This document shows positions 19,572-20,000 of a stretch of 20,000 nt of DNA, piece after piece. The notes beneath the pieces were generated by a model that made no database searches, had not been told where the DNA came from, and was given only the letters and a program-made list of their open reading frames with translations. The stretch's first letter is position 1. Each line of letters opens with the position of its first letter. This DNA is from Priapulus caudatus. Taxonomy: Eukaryota. The DNA is taken from NCBI RefSeq assembly GCF_000485595.1, contig NW_014577066.1, positions 650,477-670,476 of the forward strand, written 5' to 3'. The position numbers and the translations under genes are program-made.

Positions 19572-20000
19572 CACTCGCCTGGAAAACTGCCCAAACAGCC
19601 TTGGCGGGAAAACTGTGCCTACGAGCTCTCCCCCTCTCGCCTGGAAATGTGTGCCTAAACACTGTCGCCTGAAAACTGTACCTGAACACTCTCGCACTGT
19701 CGCATAGAAAACTGTGCCTAAACACTCTCGCATGGAAAGCCGTACCCAACCGCTGTCTCATAGAAATCTGTGCCTAAACACTCTCGCCCAGAATACTGCG
19801 CCTAAACATTCCCGCCTATAAAAGCTGTGCCTAAACACTCCCGCCTATAAAAACTGTGCCTAAACACTCCCGCCTATAAAAACTGCCTAAACACTCCCGC
19901 CTATAAAAACTGTCTAAACATCTCGCCTATAAAAACTGTGCCTAAACAACTCTCGGCCTAAAAAACTGTGGCCTAAACACTCCCGCCTATAATAAATTGC
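19572..20000. repeat. 29-bp minisatellite (CCCGCCTATAAAAACTGTGCCTAAACACT), roughly 14-15 copies, running off the window end
   Basis: Period 29 between 19811 and 19840; copies are more diverged towards the left edge. Confidence 0.93.

Overview
This is non-coding, repeat-rich animal (eukaryotic) DNA, either intergenic or intronic. No protein-coding gene, tRNA, rRNA or CRISPR array can be supported; the long ORFs are translations of (CA)n/(TGCG)n microsatellites or have no recognisable domain. Long (TG)n/(TGCG)n tracts with little visible CpG depletion resemble lamprey genomic DNA, but this is a compositional guess only. Readable structure: (1) a minus-strand LTR retrotransposon fragment (TGT...ACA LTR, tRNA primer-binding site, truncated leader) with a perfect 4x30-bp internal repeat; (2) three different non-autonomous Helentron/HINE (DINE-1/Pearl-like) rolling-circle elements sharing one terminal architecture; (3) old DNA-transposon-like relics at about 2.4-4.5 kb; (4) two adjacent perfect palindromes in an AT-rich block; (5) mini- and microsatellites and a 24-N gap; (6) a dense cluster of Cdx/posterior-Hox, Sox/TCF, Meis and CTCF-like motifs at about 7.4-8.5 kb; (7) weak, speculative plus-strand exon candidates. 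I found no convincing new biological system. The HINE set, the motif cluster and the candidate spliced transcript are the best leads.
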